A program made the position numbers and the translations under genes. The notes beneath the pieces are model-generated. The model was given only the letters and a program-made list of their open reading frames with translations. It searched no databases and was not told the DNA's origin. 64,000 nucleotides of DNA, from positions 19,394-83,393 of the IMG/VR virus record IMGVR_UViG_3300035565_000042; one strand, 5' to 3'. Each line of letters starts with the position of its first letter. Positions within the stretch are counted from its first letter, which is position 1. This stretch comes from a virus. Positions 37,103-47,822 of this stretch are shown one piece after another.

Positions 37103-37140
37103 AGCCCGGAAAGAGTATATTCTGCCGGGCTTATTTTTTT
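37103..37140 (+). terminator. Intrinsic terminator
   Basis: AGCCCGG...CCGGGCT followed by T tract. Confidence 0.8.
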
Positions 37141-37168
37141 ATTTTTTGAACCATTAATTGTTATTGTT

Positions 37169-38194
37169 ATGCATATCAGTAAATTTAAACTCATCCGCGG
37201 TGGATTGGATGGAGTAGTAATCTCCGCAATCGAACCGATACCTTGCAAGGGTAACATGCTTATTCTTGATGAGGTACAAAGAACACGCAAGGTGACCCTG
37301 TCATCAGAACTTCGCGAGAAAATCCAGAACCTGAAGTACTTTTATCTCAACCTGACGAGCCACTGGATCCCGCCTTACAACAAGTATTTTGATCTGAACA
37401 AGTATGTGCCAAACATCGTCGACACTACTGCAGAGATGCCTCAGGGCCAGACATTGCTTCATGACATCTGGAACCATACCGAGATAACCGGAGTATCAGT
37501 TACCGATCATGGTTTCGTTATAACCGGTGCAATAGAGACTGTTGAACTCAAGAAGATCGGTATCGTGACTCCGTATATCACGGAAGAAGATGATGTATCA
37601 TTCTTCATCACGGCCATGGATAAGATCAATGAGATCATGAAAGACCTGGTATTCAATCTTGAGAACAATATGCTTCCGGCACATGAAAGCAAGGAGACTC
37701 TCATGGCCCTGAATATTCCTACTGAGGAAAAGATGACCGAAGATGAAGTTCTTGAGAAAGTCATCAACCGGCTTATGGATCGTGGGGCTGTCATTCTCAT
37801 GGATGATAGTGGTTCTCCACAGAAAGAGATACAGGAAAAATCTGAAGGAAAGAGTGAGAAAAAGACCAAGGTTCATACCAACACTAAAAGTATCGACTCT
37901 CATAATATGCCTGACGCTGTCGAAACAACTGAGAAGACAACGGAAGAAGCTAACGAAGAAAAGAATGGAACACCAACTCCTGAAGTTATCAGGAAACCAT
38001 CCAGTTCAACGCTTGCATCAGAGAAAGGATTTCCAGATCTGTCAGGAGACCGACCCTCACCAAATGAAGGCAGCCAGGAGTTTATTCCTGATGGTGGTTC
38101 TCTTGAGCATCTTGAGTTCTCAGACAACATGGGAATATCTCAGGAAGTAGGGCCGGATGATTATCCGAGTTCTCCGGAAGATCTTGATGAATAA
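37169..38194 (+). CDS. Hypothetical protein with acidic disordered C-terminus
   Basis: Start moved to MHISKFKL, after the terminator. Confidence 0.65.
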   Translation: MHISKFKLIRGGLDGVVISAIEPIPCKGNMLILDEVQRTRKVTLSSELREKIQNLKYFYLNLTSHWIPPYNKYFDLNKYVPNIVDTTAEMPQGQTLLHDIWNHTEITGVSVTDHGFVITGAIETVELKKIGIVTPYITEEDDVSFFITAMDKINEIMKDLVFNLENNMLPAHESKETLMALNIPTEEKMTEDEVLEKVINRLMDRGAVILMDDSGSPQKEIQEKSEGKSEKKTKVHTNTKSIDSHNMPDAVETTEKTTEEANEEKNGTPTPEVIRKPSSSTLASEKGFPDLSGDRPSPNEGSQEFIPDGGSLEHLEFSDNMGISQEVGPDDYPSSPEDLDE

Positions 38195-38201
38195 TTAAAC
38201 C

Positions 38202-39086
38202 ATGGATAACGATATTTTCATCCAGTCTGAAGTTGACTTCGATCCAAAGAAACATACATATACATCAGTACAGGAAGGATTCGAATATACCAGTGTCACG
38301 CGTCTTTTAAGCAGTATACAGGTTCCGTTTGATCGGGAAGCAACTGCAAGACGCATGGCAACTGGTATTGCTGCAGAAGAAGGAGGTAGTGCAGAGGATG
38401 CTTATAATGATATCATCAAGGGATGGAATGATTCTCTGAAAGGATCTATTGATAAAGGAGATTATCTGCATGATGGACTCGAGAAGTTTGTGAAGACTGG
38501 AATGGTTGCTGAAGAGGAACTGAAGAAACCGGTAACATTTCTTTCGCCAATATTGAAAGAGTATTACAGGTTCTATCCGGAAGTCACGCTTCATTCTAAT
38601 GATCACAAAGTAGCCGGCAGGACTGATCTGATCTTGCAAAGGCAGAAGACAAAGAATTCAGTGTTTGACTTCATTGATTACAAAACAAATATGTCAAAAG
38701 GAATTGTCTATGACTCGATCAAAAGAAACACAACTCCAATTAAGCATTATAACCGGTTCCTGCTTCCACCATTCGATTATCTTGAGGACTGCAACTATGT
38801 AATCGATTCACTTCAACTGAGTATCTACGCATTCATGGCAATGACCAGGTTAAACCTAAGAGTTGGCAAACTCAGGATCATTTTCTTTGATAACAATTTT
38901 GATGGTCATATCATTCCGGTGCCATTTATGTACCAGGAAGCAAAGATGCTTTGTGAACTCAATGTATCGAGAAAGCAACTTCCGGAATTTAATTTGATGC
39001 CCAAACTTATTCCGGACAATGTAATCCATGATATTCCGAAACCATATGAACCATTTGATCCAGCAAATGTAAGGGAGAATTGGTAA
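38202..39086 (+). CDS. PD-(D/E)XK exonuclease (RecB/Cas4-like fold)
   Basis: FDPKKHTY, SVT, G..LH, PE, AGRTDL, IDYKT, LQLSIYA. Confidence 0.85.
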   Translation: MDNDIFIQSEVDFDPKKHTYTSVQEGFEYTSVTRLLSSIQVPFDREATARRMATGIAAEEGGSAEDAYNDIIKGWNDSLKGSIDKGDYLHDGLEKFVKTGMVAEEELKKPVTFLSPILKEYYRFYPEVTLHSNDHKVAGRTDLILQRQKTKNSVFDFIDYKTNMSKGIVYDSIKRNTTPIKHYNRFLLPPFDYLEDCNYVIDSLQLSIYAFMAMTRLNLRVGKLRIIFFDNNFDGHIIPVPFMYQEAKMLCELNVSRKQLPEFNLMPKLIPDNVIHDIPKPYEPFDPANVRENW

Positions 39087-39616
39087 TGAGTGTATTTAAA
39101 ATAAATAAGGAATATACGGCAGTCCTCAACCCAGAGGCTGCCAAACTTGTTCCTGAGCTATCAGGACTCAGTCCGGATGAACTTCTGTATGTCATCCTTG
39201 TTGCAGACTATGCTGATGGTCCATACCGTAAGAGACCACCAGAGGAAAGACGTACACTTGCCCTAAAGCATGTTTTTGGAGCCAAGCAAGTCAATCTGGA
39301 TAATCAAAGGATCTATGATGCTCTTGATGCTTACAAGAGTCTTGTATTTGATATCCGGAGAGAAACACTTGATATTCTCAAACAAAAAGCACAACTATAT
39401 CATAAGGAACTTCTGAATCCAAATATTGAATTCAAAAGGATGAAGGAACTTGACCAGGCAATTCAGTACATTGAGGATCGCATTGAGAAGATTGAGACAA
39501 GTCTTTCAACTGATGATATCACTGAGATGGAACTCAAAGGGCAAAAGAAACTTTCATTCCTTGAAATCTGGCAGAGAAGACAGAAAGAGTATAAGAAATT
39601 CAAAGAGACAACATGA
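39080..39616 (+). CDS. Protein upstream of TerL (possible terminase small subunit)
   Basis: Helical protein coupled to TerL; call is positional. Confidence 0.45.
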   Translation: MVMSVFKINKEYTAVLNPEAAKLVPELSGLSPDELLYVILVADYADGPYRKRPPEERRTLALKHVFGAKQVNLDNQRIYDALDAYKSLVFDIRRETLDILKQKAQLYHKELLNPNIEFKRMKELDQAIQYIEDRIEKIETSLSTDDITEMELKGQKKLSFLEIWQRRQKEYKKFKETT

Positions 39617-41760
39617 TAGGAAATGTTTATGTTCCAGAGATTAAGAAGCATGGGTTCTGTCCGAATCCTGTTGCTGGCAACATACCTATTTATGCTGACT
39701 CGATAACGAATCCGAAATGCATAGGCACACTTGCTTATGAAGAGTTTTGGAACGAACAGATAAACCGTTGCATTAATGGTTATGATACCGCAGGAGTTCA
39801 TATCTCTGGGCGGTATTATTTTTTTCTGAACTTTAAGATACTTCCAGGACTTAAAGGGCCCCAATACCCTTTCTTCGTAGATATGCAGAAAGAATACTTT
39901 GATCTGATCGAATGGGTTAAAAAAAACAGAAAACCGGGCATAGTAGGCCTGAAAGCTCGTAGGAAAGGACTATCTGAGATTGAGGAAACCATCCTTGCTC
40001 ATGGTATCCGGTTTATAGAGGACTATAGAGCTGCGGTAACTGCTGGCATGGAAACCTATGTGACAGGTATCAAAAATAAGTTTGAATATACCCAGAAAAC
40101 GATTATTCAAGATCTCAGACTTTCGGTTCTTGAAAATAACGATAAGACATACAAGATTGGTTATGCAGTTCGTAACCCAATCGGAGGATTTGTCGAGGAA
40201 GGTTATGGAGGATTCCTATCATTTGAAACTATGTTCGACAATCCTACTAAACTTGAAGGTGAATATTTCCACGATGTCCTTTGTGAAGAGAGTGGCCGGT
40301 ACAAGTATCTTGGAAAGGTAATAACAAGTATTCAACCGGCTCTGGAGTTTGGTAGCCAGATGCTCGGAACATTCTATATCTATGGAACCGGAGGCAATAT
40401 CCTGTCAACATCAAAGGACTTCAAAGAAATCTGGGATCATGCAGAGGCAATGGGATTCGTTAAGTTCTGGGTTCCGGGAAGCAGAATGTATTATCCATTC
40501 TTTGGCAATAATAAGGAAGAATTTTTTATAGATCCTGACAACGGAAGTAAAGTTGACTCAATGCCAAACCTTCGAAAGTTCTCAAAAGAACAGAGAATAG
40601 GAATGGAAGACACAAAGGCAGCTGAAGAATATATCATTCGTAAGCGCGTAGAATATGCCAAACTTCCAAACAAGAAAAAACTTAAGGAACATAACCAGGC
40701 ATATCCTTTGACTATTGAAGAAGCTTTTACCTCAGGTGGATCTAATAACTTCAATGATGAAAAGATATATAACCAACTATTCGATATAGAGGGAGACCCT
40801 AATGCATTCACTCCAGTAGTTCTTGAATGGGTAACTGATTCAACTGGGCAGAGACTCGAAGGTGAAGAAATGGTTGTAAAACACCGTCCAGCAACGGCAA
40901 ATGATCCTGACTGGAAAATTGTATGGGTTTACCAGTTTCCAAAGAAAGAGATGCTTGATCTTGATATTGGAGGTATTGATGGTTATAACCAGGACCAGAC
41001 GCAGACATCTTCTTCACAGGGAGCCATGACTGTTGTCAGGCAGGGAAATAAAGTAAACATGGTTGGCGATGGTATTCATAAAGCTATTTATCCAGTTTGT
41101 CTTTATTACAAACGGCCCCCGCGAAAGGAAGAGTTCTATGATGTCTGTTTGAAGATCTCAGTATGGTACCGGCTTATTCGAAATACAATGGCCAATGCTG
41201 AACAGGATTTCGTCATAGACTACTTCATGAAGAATGGTGGAGCTCGTTATCTTTCTCCGCGTCCAAAAGCTTTTGACTCTCCAAAATCACAGCAAGTTCA
41301 TAAACTTGGTGCAAAGATGACCGGATATTCGAAAGAAATTATCCTTGGTATTGTTCAGACATATGTTGAAAACTATATCGAACTTAACCGGTTTCCGGCA
41401 ATGCTCAGAGATCTTCTTGCTTATGATGAGGAATATATCGGTACAGACTGGGACTCTGTAGATGCACTTGCATATGCTCTCATGCGTATAGAAGATATGA
41501 AGACAAGGCCGCGCAAGGCAGATGATGATGATAATTCTGATATCGAACCAGAATGGGGCAAAGACGAAGCCGGGAATCTTGTTATCAAGAATAAGGAAGT
41601 ACTCATGGAAAAACCAAAAGAGAGAAAGAGTGACAAGGATGAAGAGACAAAAAACCTTGAGTATACAGGAAGATGGAAAGCGCAAGAATATAAAGAGAGA
41701 AAGAGACAAGATGACAATGAGAGAAAACCTTTCGATTACGACGAGCATGAAGACAAATAA
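39613..41760 (+). CDS. terL: Terminase large subunit (crAss-like)
   Basis: ISGRYYFFLNF, Walker A KARRKGLS, Walker B LCEESG, YGTGG, YP.T.EEAF, nuclease GGIDGY. Confidence 0.93.
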   Translation: MIGNVYVPEIKKHGFCPNPVAGNIPIYADSITNPKCIGTLAYEEFWNEQINRCINGYDTAGVHISGRYYFFLNFKILPGLKGPQYPFFVDMQKEYFDLIEWVKKNRKPGIVGLKARRKGLSEIEETILAHGIRFIEDYRAAVTAGMETYVTGIKNKFEYTQKTIIQDLRLSVLENNDKTYKIGYAVRNPIGGFVEEGYGGFLSFETMFDNPTKLEGEYFHDVLCEESGRYKYLGKVITSIQPALEFGSQMLGTFYIYGTGGNILSTSKDFKEIWDHAEAMGFVKFWVPGSRMYYPFFGNNKEEFFIDPDNGSKVDSMPNLRKFSKEQRIGMEDTKAAEEYIIRKRVEYAKLPNKKKLKEHNQAYPLTIEEAFTSGGSNNFNDEKIYNQLFDIEGDPNAFTPVVLEWVTDSTGQRLEGEEMVVKHRPATANDPDWKIVWVYQFPKKEMLDLDIGGIDGYNQDQTQTSSSQGAMTVVRQGNKVNMVGDGIHKAIYPVCLYYKRPPRKEEFYDVCLKISVWYRLIRNTMANAEQDFVIDYFMKNGGARYLSPRPKAFDSPKSQQVHKLGAKMTGYSKEIILGIVQTYVENYIELNRFPAMLRDLLAYDEEYIGTDWDSVDALAYALMRIEDMKTRPRKADDDDNSDIEPEWGKDEAGNLVIKNKEVLMEKPKERKSDKDEETKNLEYTGRWKAQEYKERKRQDDNERKPFDYDEHEDK

Positions 41761-41827
41761 AATATTTATTAACAATTGATAGTTATATGTCAGAATTTAT
41801 TATTATCTTTGATCAAATTTTGCATAG

Positions 41828-44026
41828 ATGTTATTCCCGGATGTAACAAACATAGACTTCTCAGTCGATGGGAGTAAGAACAAGCACCTTCATCAAATGC
41901 TTGACTATGCTGTCATGAGATGGTATGCCCGAGATGTCCGGTTACAGAAGATCGCTAAACTTTATGATGCTCACAATGGACTCATTGACTCCAGAGAAAC
42001 TGAAGCGATAACAAAACCATTCGGGAAAGAATCAAAAACCAAATATGTCAAGTACCGGTTGGGAAGGACAAAGCTCAAGCAACTCCATGGAGAATTTCTT
42101 GAGATCTCCTTAACTCCCACTGTTTCAACAGTTAACCGCGATGCTATCAACAAAAAAATGGCCAAGTACAAAGAGATACTTGGCCTTTCTCTTAGCAAAC
42201 CATTCATCGAAAGAGTTCGTCAGTTGGGATATAACGTATTCCCTGGAATGAAGTTACCGGACTATGATGACAAGAGTACCTGGAATATAAATAACTTCAA
42301 ACTTGCCAATGAACTCATCATGCAAAAAATTCTTGATGATAAGATGGCAAACGAGAGACTGAAGACAATCTTCTATCAGAATTTCATTGATCTTACAATA
42401 ACAGCTGAAATATTCGGAAAAGTTGAACGCAATGTCAATGGAGTCGATACATACCGGTTCATTCCGATGAAATATGCCATGTATGAAGAAAGTATCAATG
42501 ATCCATTCCTTACACAGTCTCCATATCTTGGTGAAGTAAAACCAATGTTCTATCATGAGATAGCAACAAATAAGGAATTCAATCTTACTCCGGCCCAACT
42601 TGAAGAACTTCGTCAGTCGTCACTTGCATATCATACAGACAATATCGGCCAGCGAGATATACAGACTCAGAAAGGAACTTATCTTATAAATACTTACAAT
42701 ATTCAGTGGAAAGGACTTGAGAAGGTAAGAGTTAAGATATCTCCGGTTGATGGATCAGATGAACCATTCAGATTGATCATAAGTGACGAATATTATAACG
42801 AACACCAGAAACAGATTGAGAAGGATGTTCGCAATGGAAAGTACACTATCGAAACTTATGAACGCGAAATACTCTGGGAAGCTACTCGCATAGGGCCGAC
42901 TCTTTATACCCCTGCACGCAAGACAAAGAATCTTATTCAGCGCCTTAATGACAATAACAAATACAATGTCGATTATGACTTTTGTGGTATGTTATTCTGC
43001 ACGATTGATGGCACCAGAGTATCTCTTCAGGAAGTGATATATGAACTTGAAAAGATCTATGATGATCTTCGGTTCTATATCAACCGGGAGATGAAGAAAC
43101 TGAAAGGCAATCTTGCTTACTTTGATGAAGCTTTCCGGCCCAAAGGAATGCGTTTCATTGATGTCATGAATTCTATTACCGAGGATGGTGTTATTCGGTT
43201 TAACTCGTCAGCTGAAGGAAATACATCAGGAACTGCATCCGATAGTGACAAGGTAGGTATCGGAGCAATCAATCTTGGTCAGAATCAAAATTTGATGGTT
43301 CTTCTTAACCAGGCAATGGATGTCGAGAGAGTCATGGATCGCATTACAGGAATGAATGATAATCGCCAGGGACTATCAAGACCTACAACAACTGCAACAG
43401 CAAACGTCAACAGTATTGACGCCTCAAGATCGATGACATACGATCTTTTTTACTTTATGCAGGAATATGTAGAAAGAACACTTACCAAACTTGTTGAGAA
43501 GACAAAAATCAATAAGACTTATTATGGAGAGGATAACCGTCAGTTCATTATGGATGATGGCGAGCTCCTGTACATGATGTCAACAAAAGACCTGACATTT
43601 GATAACTATGGAGTAACGATAACAGATGGACGCAAAGAGAAAGATATTCTTGCCAAGATCGAAACGTTATTCCCTCAGGAGATCAATGCCAGAAATATCC
43701 GGACAACCGATATTGCCAAGTTCTGGATGGAGAGTTCCTATTCTGCAGCTATTCGTGTTCTTGATAATGCTCATGATGAAATGGCCAAGATCCGTGAGAA
43801 AGAGATCAATCTCAAACAGCAAAGCGCAATGGCTAATATCCAGTCTCAGGAACAACAGCAACAGCAAATGCTCGCTTCTGAACAGGAACATGATAAGGAT
43901 ATGGCATTACTCCGTGGTGAGATTGACAAGGAAGAGATACAGCTTGAAGAAGGATTAAAATCGAACAGGGATACAGCTAATATAGCCGGTAAGTCGGCAC
44001 TACAGGCAACAAAACCTGTTAAGTAG
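41828..44026 (+). CDS. Portal protein
   Basis: 732 aa directly after TerL; ITGMNDNRQG...TATA and Q-rich C-terminal coil typical of P22/crAss-like portals. Confidence 0.85.
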   Translation: MLFPDVTNIDFSVDGSKNKHLHQMLDYAVMRWYARDVRLQKIAKLYDAHNGLIDSRETEAITKPFGKESKTKYVKYRLGRTKLKQLHGEFLEISLTPTVSTVNRDAINKKMAKYKEILGLSLSKPFIERVRQLGYNVFPGMKLPDYDDKSTWNINNFKLANELIMQKILDDKMANERLKTIFYQNFIDLTITAEIFGKVERNVNGVDTYRFIPMKYAMYEESINDPFLTQSPYLGEVKPMFYHEIATNKEFNLTPAQLEELRQSSLAYHTDNIGQRDIQTQKGTYLINTYNIQWKGLEKVRVKISPVDGSDEPFRLIISDEYYNEHQKQIEKDVRNGKYTIETYEREILWEATRIGPTLYTPARKTKNLIQRLNDNNKYNVDYDFCGMLFCTIDGTRVSLQEVIYELEKIYDDLRFYINREMKKLKGNLAYFDEAFRPKGMRFIDVMNSITEDGVIRFNSSAEGNTSGTASDSDKVGIGAINLGQNQNLMVLLNQAMDVERVMDRITGMNDNRQGLSRPTTTATANVNSIDASRSMTYDLFYFMQEYVERTLTKLVEKTKINKTYYGEDNRQFIMDDGELLYMMSTKDLTFDNYGVTITDGRKEKDILAKIETLFPQEINARNIRTTDIAKFWMESSYSAAIRVLDNAHDEMAKIREKEINLKQQSAMANIQSQEQQQQQMLASEQEHDKDMALLRGEIDKEEIQLEEGLKSNRDTANIAGKSALQATKPVK

Positions 44027-44058
44027 TTTTATTTATTTTTTTTAAACTAATAGTTGTT

Positions 44059-45234
44059 ATGGCAGAGAAAGACGATAAAATGTCTATGACCGATGAAGAT
44101 GATTTCGACATAGGCGCCCTGAAGACGGGTAAGAAAGAAGAAGAACTTGAAAAGAGTGATGAAAAAGAAAAAGTCGACGAAGAGAAGAAAGATGAAGGGA
44201 AGGAAAAGGTAGACGAAGGAAAAGAAAAAGTCGATGAAGGAAAGAAATCATCAGACAAGGAAGACAAAGACGATAAAAGCAAAGAGAAGAAAGACGAAAA
44301 AAAGAATGAAGAACCTGAGGATCTCTTTGTAGACAAGGATGACAAGAAAGAAGGAAAACGCAAGACTTTAAAGGAAATAGGAAAGAAACTTGACGTTGAC
44401 CTTGAAAAAGACGATGATGATGAAGAATTCGAAAGGAAGATCGCAGAGAAACTCGCAAAGAGCCGCCAGGATGTTAATCTTGATGGTTATTCTGATGATG
44501 CGAAGGCCCTCATCAAACACCTAAATGAGAATGGTGGTGATGTCGAATCATTTTTCACAAACAAGAATATAATTGGATTACAAAGCGTTCTTTCACTTGA
44601 TGCAGAAACAAAAGTAAGTCAGGTTCGTTACAATGAATTGATCGAAGCAGGCAAGACTCCACAGGAAGCCCAGGAAACACTTGACACTGAGATGAAGGCA
44701 ATGTCAACAAGAGAGATCAAAGACATGGCAGATGATATTGATCTTCAGGCAAAGAAACTCATTCAGACGGAAGTCAAGAAAATGGTAGGTGACAAGGAAC
44801 TGAAAGTTGCCGCAACAAGACAGCAACAGGAGGCTGCAACATTACAGGAACGAACTAACTTAAGGAATTTTATCAACAAACAAGATACATTTCTTGGAAT
44901 AAAACTTTCTGAAGAAGCCAAAAAATCGATACTACGTGACATTGACACTGGTAACTTTGACAAGGTTTTGAAAGAGAGTCCGGAGATGCAAAAGTTTTCA
45001 GCTTATATGTTATCGAAACACGGTGGTAAAATTTTGAAAAAAATCGAGGCGTCAGTCGATGAAGCCAACAGAGCCGGCTACAATAAAGCACAGAAGAAAG
45101 CCACGGATGCATTGCATAAAGTGGACGACGGAGGTGGTAGCAGTTCTAAAGGTGGATCTGGTCACGAAAGCGATTCAAAGAAATCCGGTGACAAAGGATC
45201 CAGACCAGGCTGGAAGAATGACGAGATTGAGTAG
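44059..45234 (+). CDS. Putative scaffold/capsid-assembly protein
   Basis: Highly charged (EKVDEGK repeats), located between portal and MCP. Confidence 0.55.
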   Translation: MAEKDDKMSMTDEDDFDIGALKTGKKEEELEKSDEKEKVDEEKKDEGKEKVDEGKEKVDEGKKSSDKEDKDDKSKEKKDEKKNEEPEDLFVDKDDKKEGKRKTLKEIGKKLDVDLEKDDDDEEFERKIAEKLAKSRQDVNLDGYSDDAKALIKHLNENGGDVESFFTNKNIIGLQSVLSLDAETKVSQVRYNELIEAGKTPQEAQETLDTEMKAMSTREIKDMADDIDLQAKKLIQTEVKKMVGDKELKVAATRQQQEAATLQERTNLRNFINKQDTFLGIKLSEEAKKSILRDIDTGNFDKVLKESPEMQKFSAYMLSKHGGKILKKIEASVDEANRAGYNKAQKKATDALHKVDDGGGSSSKGGSGHESDSKKSGDKGSRPGWKNDEIE

Positions 45235-45291
45235 AAATGAGTAAAGAATGGATCTTTTGAAATTAAGTAATTAACTAAAAAGATTCAAAAG

Positions 45292-46800
45292 ATGAAAATT
45301 AAGATTTATCATGGTAGCGTCAGCGAAGGAGATGCACAGGAGTATCATCTTGTACAGAACCACCTTCTGGATCCTACAGCCAATATCGACAGGGTAATCA
45401 TGTACGCTGAACAGCGTCATCTTATGACCCTTCTCACTTCAGGTGCAAGAGACTCACGTTATACCGCACCTGGATGGACGCCTAAAAATGGTGATGCCAT
45501 TACCACCCATATCCAGCCGATTCCTCAGGCAGAAATGGTTTCTTCAAATGCATGGTCATACAAGATCATGGGAAGGATCCAGAAGTCTGTTGAAGTGCTT
45601 GGAAGCGCAATCGTTGGAACGCAACTGAACTCATCGAGTATCAAGGGTTGCGTTTTCAGTCTGTATCTCAAGGACAACTATCTTACCCCGGGAATGAACG
45701 CTGTTTTCTATAATGGAGAACATGCAAGGGTTATGAAACGCCCGATCGGATACTCAGACCGGTATCTGTATACTTTCGAAACTTATCCTGGCAAAGACTT
45801 TTCATGGAACACATGGATCGGCACTCAGGTAGGTCGCAAGTCAATCTTCGGTGGTTATACCACATTCGGAGAAAGGTCAAGGAGAGGTTATGGAATGTTC
45901 CACTATCCGGATCGTTTCATCCAGCATACAACCAAACAGAGGAAATCTATTTCTCTGTCTGGTGATGTCAACGCCAATGAAGTTATCTGGTATGAACTCG
46001 ACAACAAGAAGGGATTTGTCTATGAGGCAGAGGCCCAGATGAGAGCTCAGTTCCTGCTTGAAGATGAATACCGTCTATGGTGGGGAGAATCAACCATGAG
46101 AGACCAGTATGGCAACTTACTCACTCGCGCCTGCATGCAGGACGAAGAAGGTAACGACATCGTAGCAGGTGATGGTTTCATTCCTCAGATCAAGGGTGCT
46201 AATGACATGGACTCATCCAATGCAGATGGTACATTCACCTATGATGACCTTCGCGATATGGTCAAACAGCTGAAGAAAAAGAAAAACAGAATCTCTGGGA
46301 ACACATATATCTGTGTTACTGGTGCTGATGGTATGGCAAACGCACATGATGTTTGTTCAGGCCGTTATGCAGCAGGAACCCCGATAGTCCAGGTTGTTCA
46401 GCAGAATGATCAGGCCGGTGGTGCAGAACCTGTAACCGGTTACAACTTCAAGAGGTTGAACATAGCTGGTGAGCAGATCATCTTCTGTGAGAACCCGATG
46501 ATGGATGACGAGCAGAAATTCCCGAGAAGGCTTTCAAATGGTGCTCTTGCATCAAGTAACACTGTTTACTTCCTCGACATGGATACCGATGATCGTGGAA
46601 GGATGAACGTCGAGATCAGGGCAAGAGGACGCGCTGGTGTCAACCGTAATATCGTTTACCTCTGGGAAAATGGTATGACTGGTGAAGGCACTGCACAGAA
46701 TCCTGTTGATGCCAAGGCATTCCATATGCTGAAGGAAACACTTCTGGCTGTTTACAACACCAGATCCTGCGGTATACTGAAACCGGCAGCAACTGCCTAA
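45292..46800 (+). CDS. Major capsid protein (crAss-like HK97 fold)
   Basis: 502 aa, position after portal/scaffold, WSYKIMG, E...WWG, GDGFIPQI, TG..GM; followed by a terminator. Confidence 0.85.
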   Translation: MKIKIYHGSVSEGDAQEYHLVQNHLLDPTANIDRVIMYAEQRHLMTLLTSGARDSRYTAPGWTPKNGDAITTHIQPIPQAEMVSSNAWSYKIMGRIQKSVEVLGSAIVGTQLNSSSIKGCVFSLYLKDNYLTPGMNAVFYNGEHARVMKRPIGYSDRYLYTFETYPGKDFSWNTWIGTQVGRKSIFGGYTTFGERSRRGYGMFHYPDRFIQHTTKQRKSISLSGDVNANEVIWYELDNKKGFVYEAEAQMRAQFLLEDEYRLWWGESTMRDQYGNLLTRACMQDEEGNDIVAGDGFIPQIKGANDMDSSNADGTFTYDDLRDMVKQLKKKKNRISGNTYICVTGADGMANAHDVCSGRYAAGTPIVQVVQQNDQAGGAEPVTGYNFKRLNIAGEQIIFCENPMMDDEQKFPRRLSNGALASSNTVYFLDMDTDDRGRMNVEIRARGRAGVNRNIVYLWENGMTGEGTAQNPVDAKAFHMLKETLLAVYNTRSCGILKPAATA

Positions 46801-46813
46801 GCATACTTGGTTT

Positions 46814-46850
46814 TGGGGGAACCTAAACAAAATCCCCCATTTTTTCTTTT
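46814..46850 (+). terminator. Intrinsic terminator after MCP
   Basis: TGGGGGA...TCCCCCA + long T tract. Confidence 0.75.
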
Positions 46851-46883
46851 TTTATTATTTATCGTATTTTATAATTTATTATC

Positions 46884-47822
46884 ATGGAAACACCAAAGCT
46901 TTTAGTTACCGTCAAAGAACGGAAAGAAATACAGGAATCGCTATCGAAGGAATTCGGTACTAAGGTTAAATATCGCGTTATTGATCTTGAGAAAGCAGTT
47001 CAGAAGATCCGCGAAGAAAGAGCCAAGTTCTCTCTTTCTCCATTCATAGAGATCAAACCGATATCTCCTGACATGCATAAAATTCCGTCAAGGACGAGTA
47101 CATTCCAGAAAGACCCAATAACCGGAGTTCTCTATGGCATTGCCATCGACCAGGATGAGTTTGGCAATATCCGCTGGCAGAAAATACAGATAAGTGATAA
47201 TATGTCACTTAATCTTGATAATGACAATGATGCCAAAGTATGGGCAGTATTGCGTTTCAATCCGGATATCAAGGGTAGTCCATTCCAGGTTCAGAATCCT
47301 TACTTTGAGATTTACGATCCTGTTCAGACAGCTCGTAATGAAATGGGTGAAGTAACCCAGATGAAGAAGGCCTTTGAACGCATTGACCTTATTGCTGATA
47401 AACCTATCGACATGGTTATGTTTGCCAGGTTCCTCGGAGAAGAAGTTCGCGAGAACGCATCATTCGATATTGTGTATAACACATTACTTCGTGTTGCACG
47501 TAATCACCCGGGAGACTTCAATAAGAAATGGGACAGCAAGACACGTAGTTTTGGAGAAAGATTTGCCACAGCTGCAGCACTTGGGATAATCACTCAGGAT
47601 GTTGATCGCGGATATATGTTCAACAATATTCCTCTTGGATTATCTGAAGAAGAAGCAATCAGGTTCTTAAGCAAGGATGTGAATGTGATGAGTTCCATAA
47701 ACAGCCAGATCCTTGAAAAAGATGATGTGGTCAATATGATGAAGAAAGAAATCGCAGTCACAAAAGAAAAAGAACTTGAAGGTGCTGAGACAAAGAAAAC
47801 AAAGGTAAGTGAGTTTGAATGA
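46884..47822 (+). CDS. Conserved crAss-like structural-module protein
   Basis: Position after MCP; LNLDN..D..VW..L and C-terminal GII...Y....LG...EEAI.FL pattern. Confidence 0.6.
   Translation: METPKLLVTVKERKEIQESLSKEFGTKVKYRVIDLEKAVQKIREERAKFSLSPFIEIKPISPDMHKIPSRTSTFQKDPITGVLYGIAIDQDEFGNIRWQKIQISDNMSLNLDNDNDAKVWAVLRFNPDIKGSPFQVQNPYFEIYDPVQTARNEMGEVTQMKKAFERIDLIADKPIDMVMFARFLGEEVRENASFDIVYNTLLRVARNHPGDFNKKWDSKTRSFGERFATAAALGIITQDVDRGYMFNNIPLGLSEEEAIRFLSKDVNVMSSINSQILEKDDVVNMMKKEIAVTKEKELEGAETKKTKVSEFE

Noticed and set aside
38202-39086. Cas4 of a CRISPR-Cas system
   Set aside because: No Fe-S cysteine cluster, no other cas genes and no array; an ordinary phage PD-(D/E)XK nuclease.
39613-46800. 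Introns or inteins in TerL, portal or MCP
   Set aside because: ORFs are continuous, of expected size, and show no intein or homing-endonuclease motifs.
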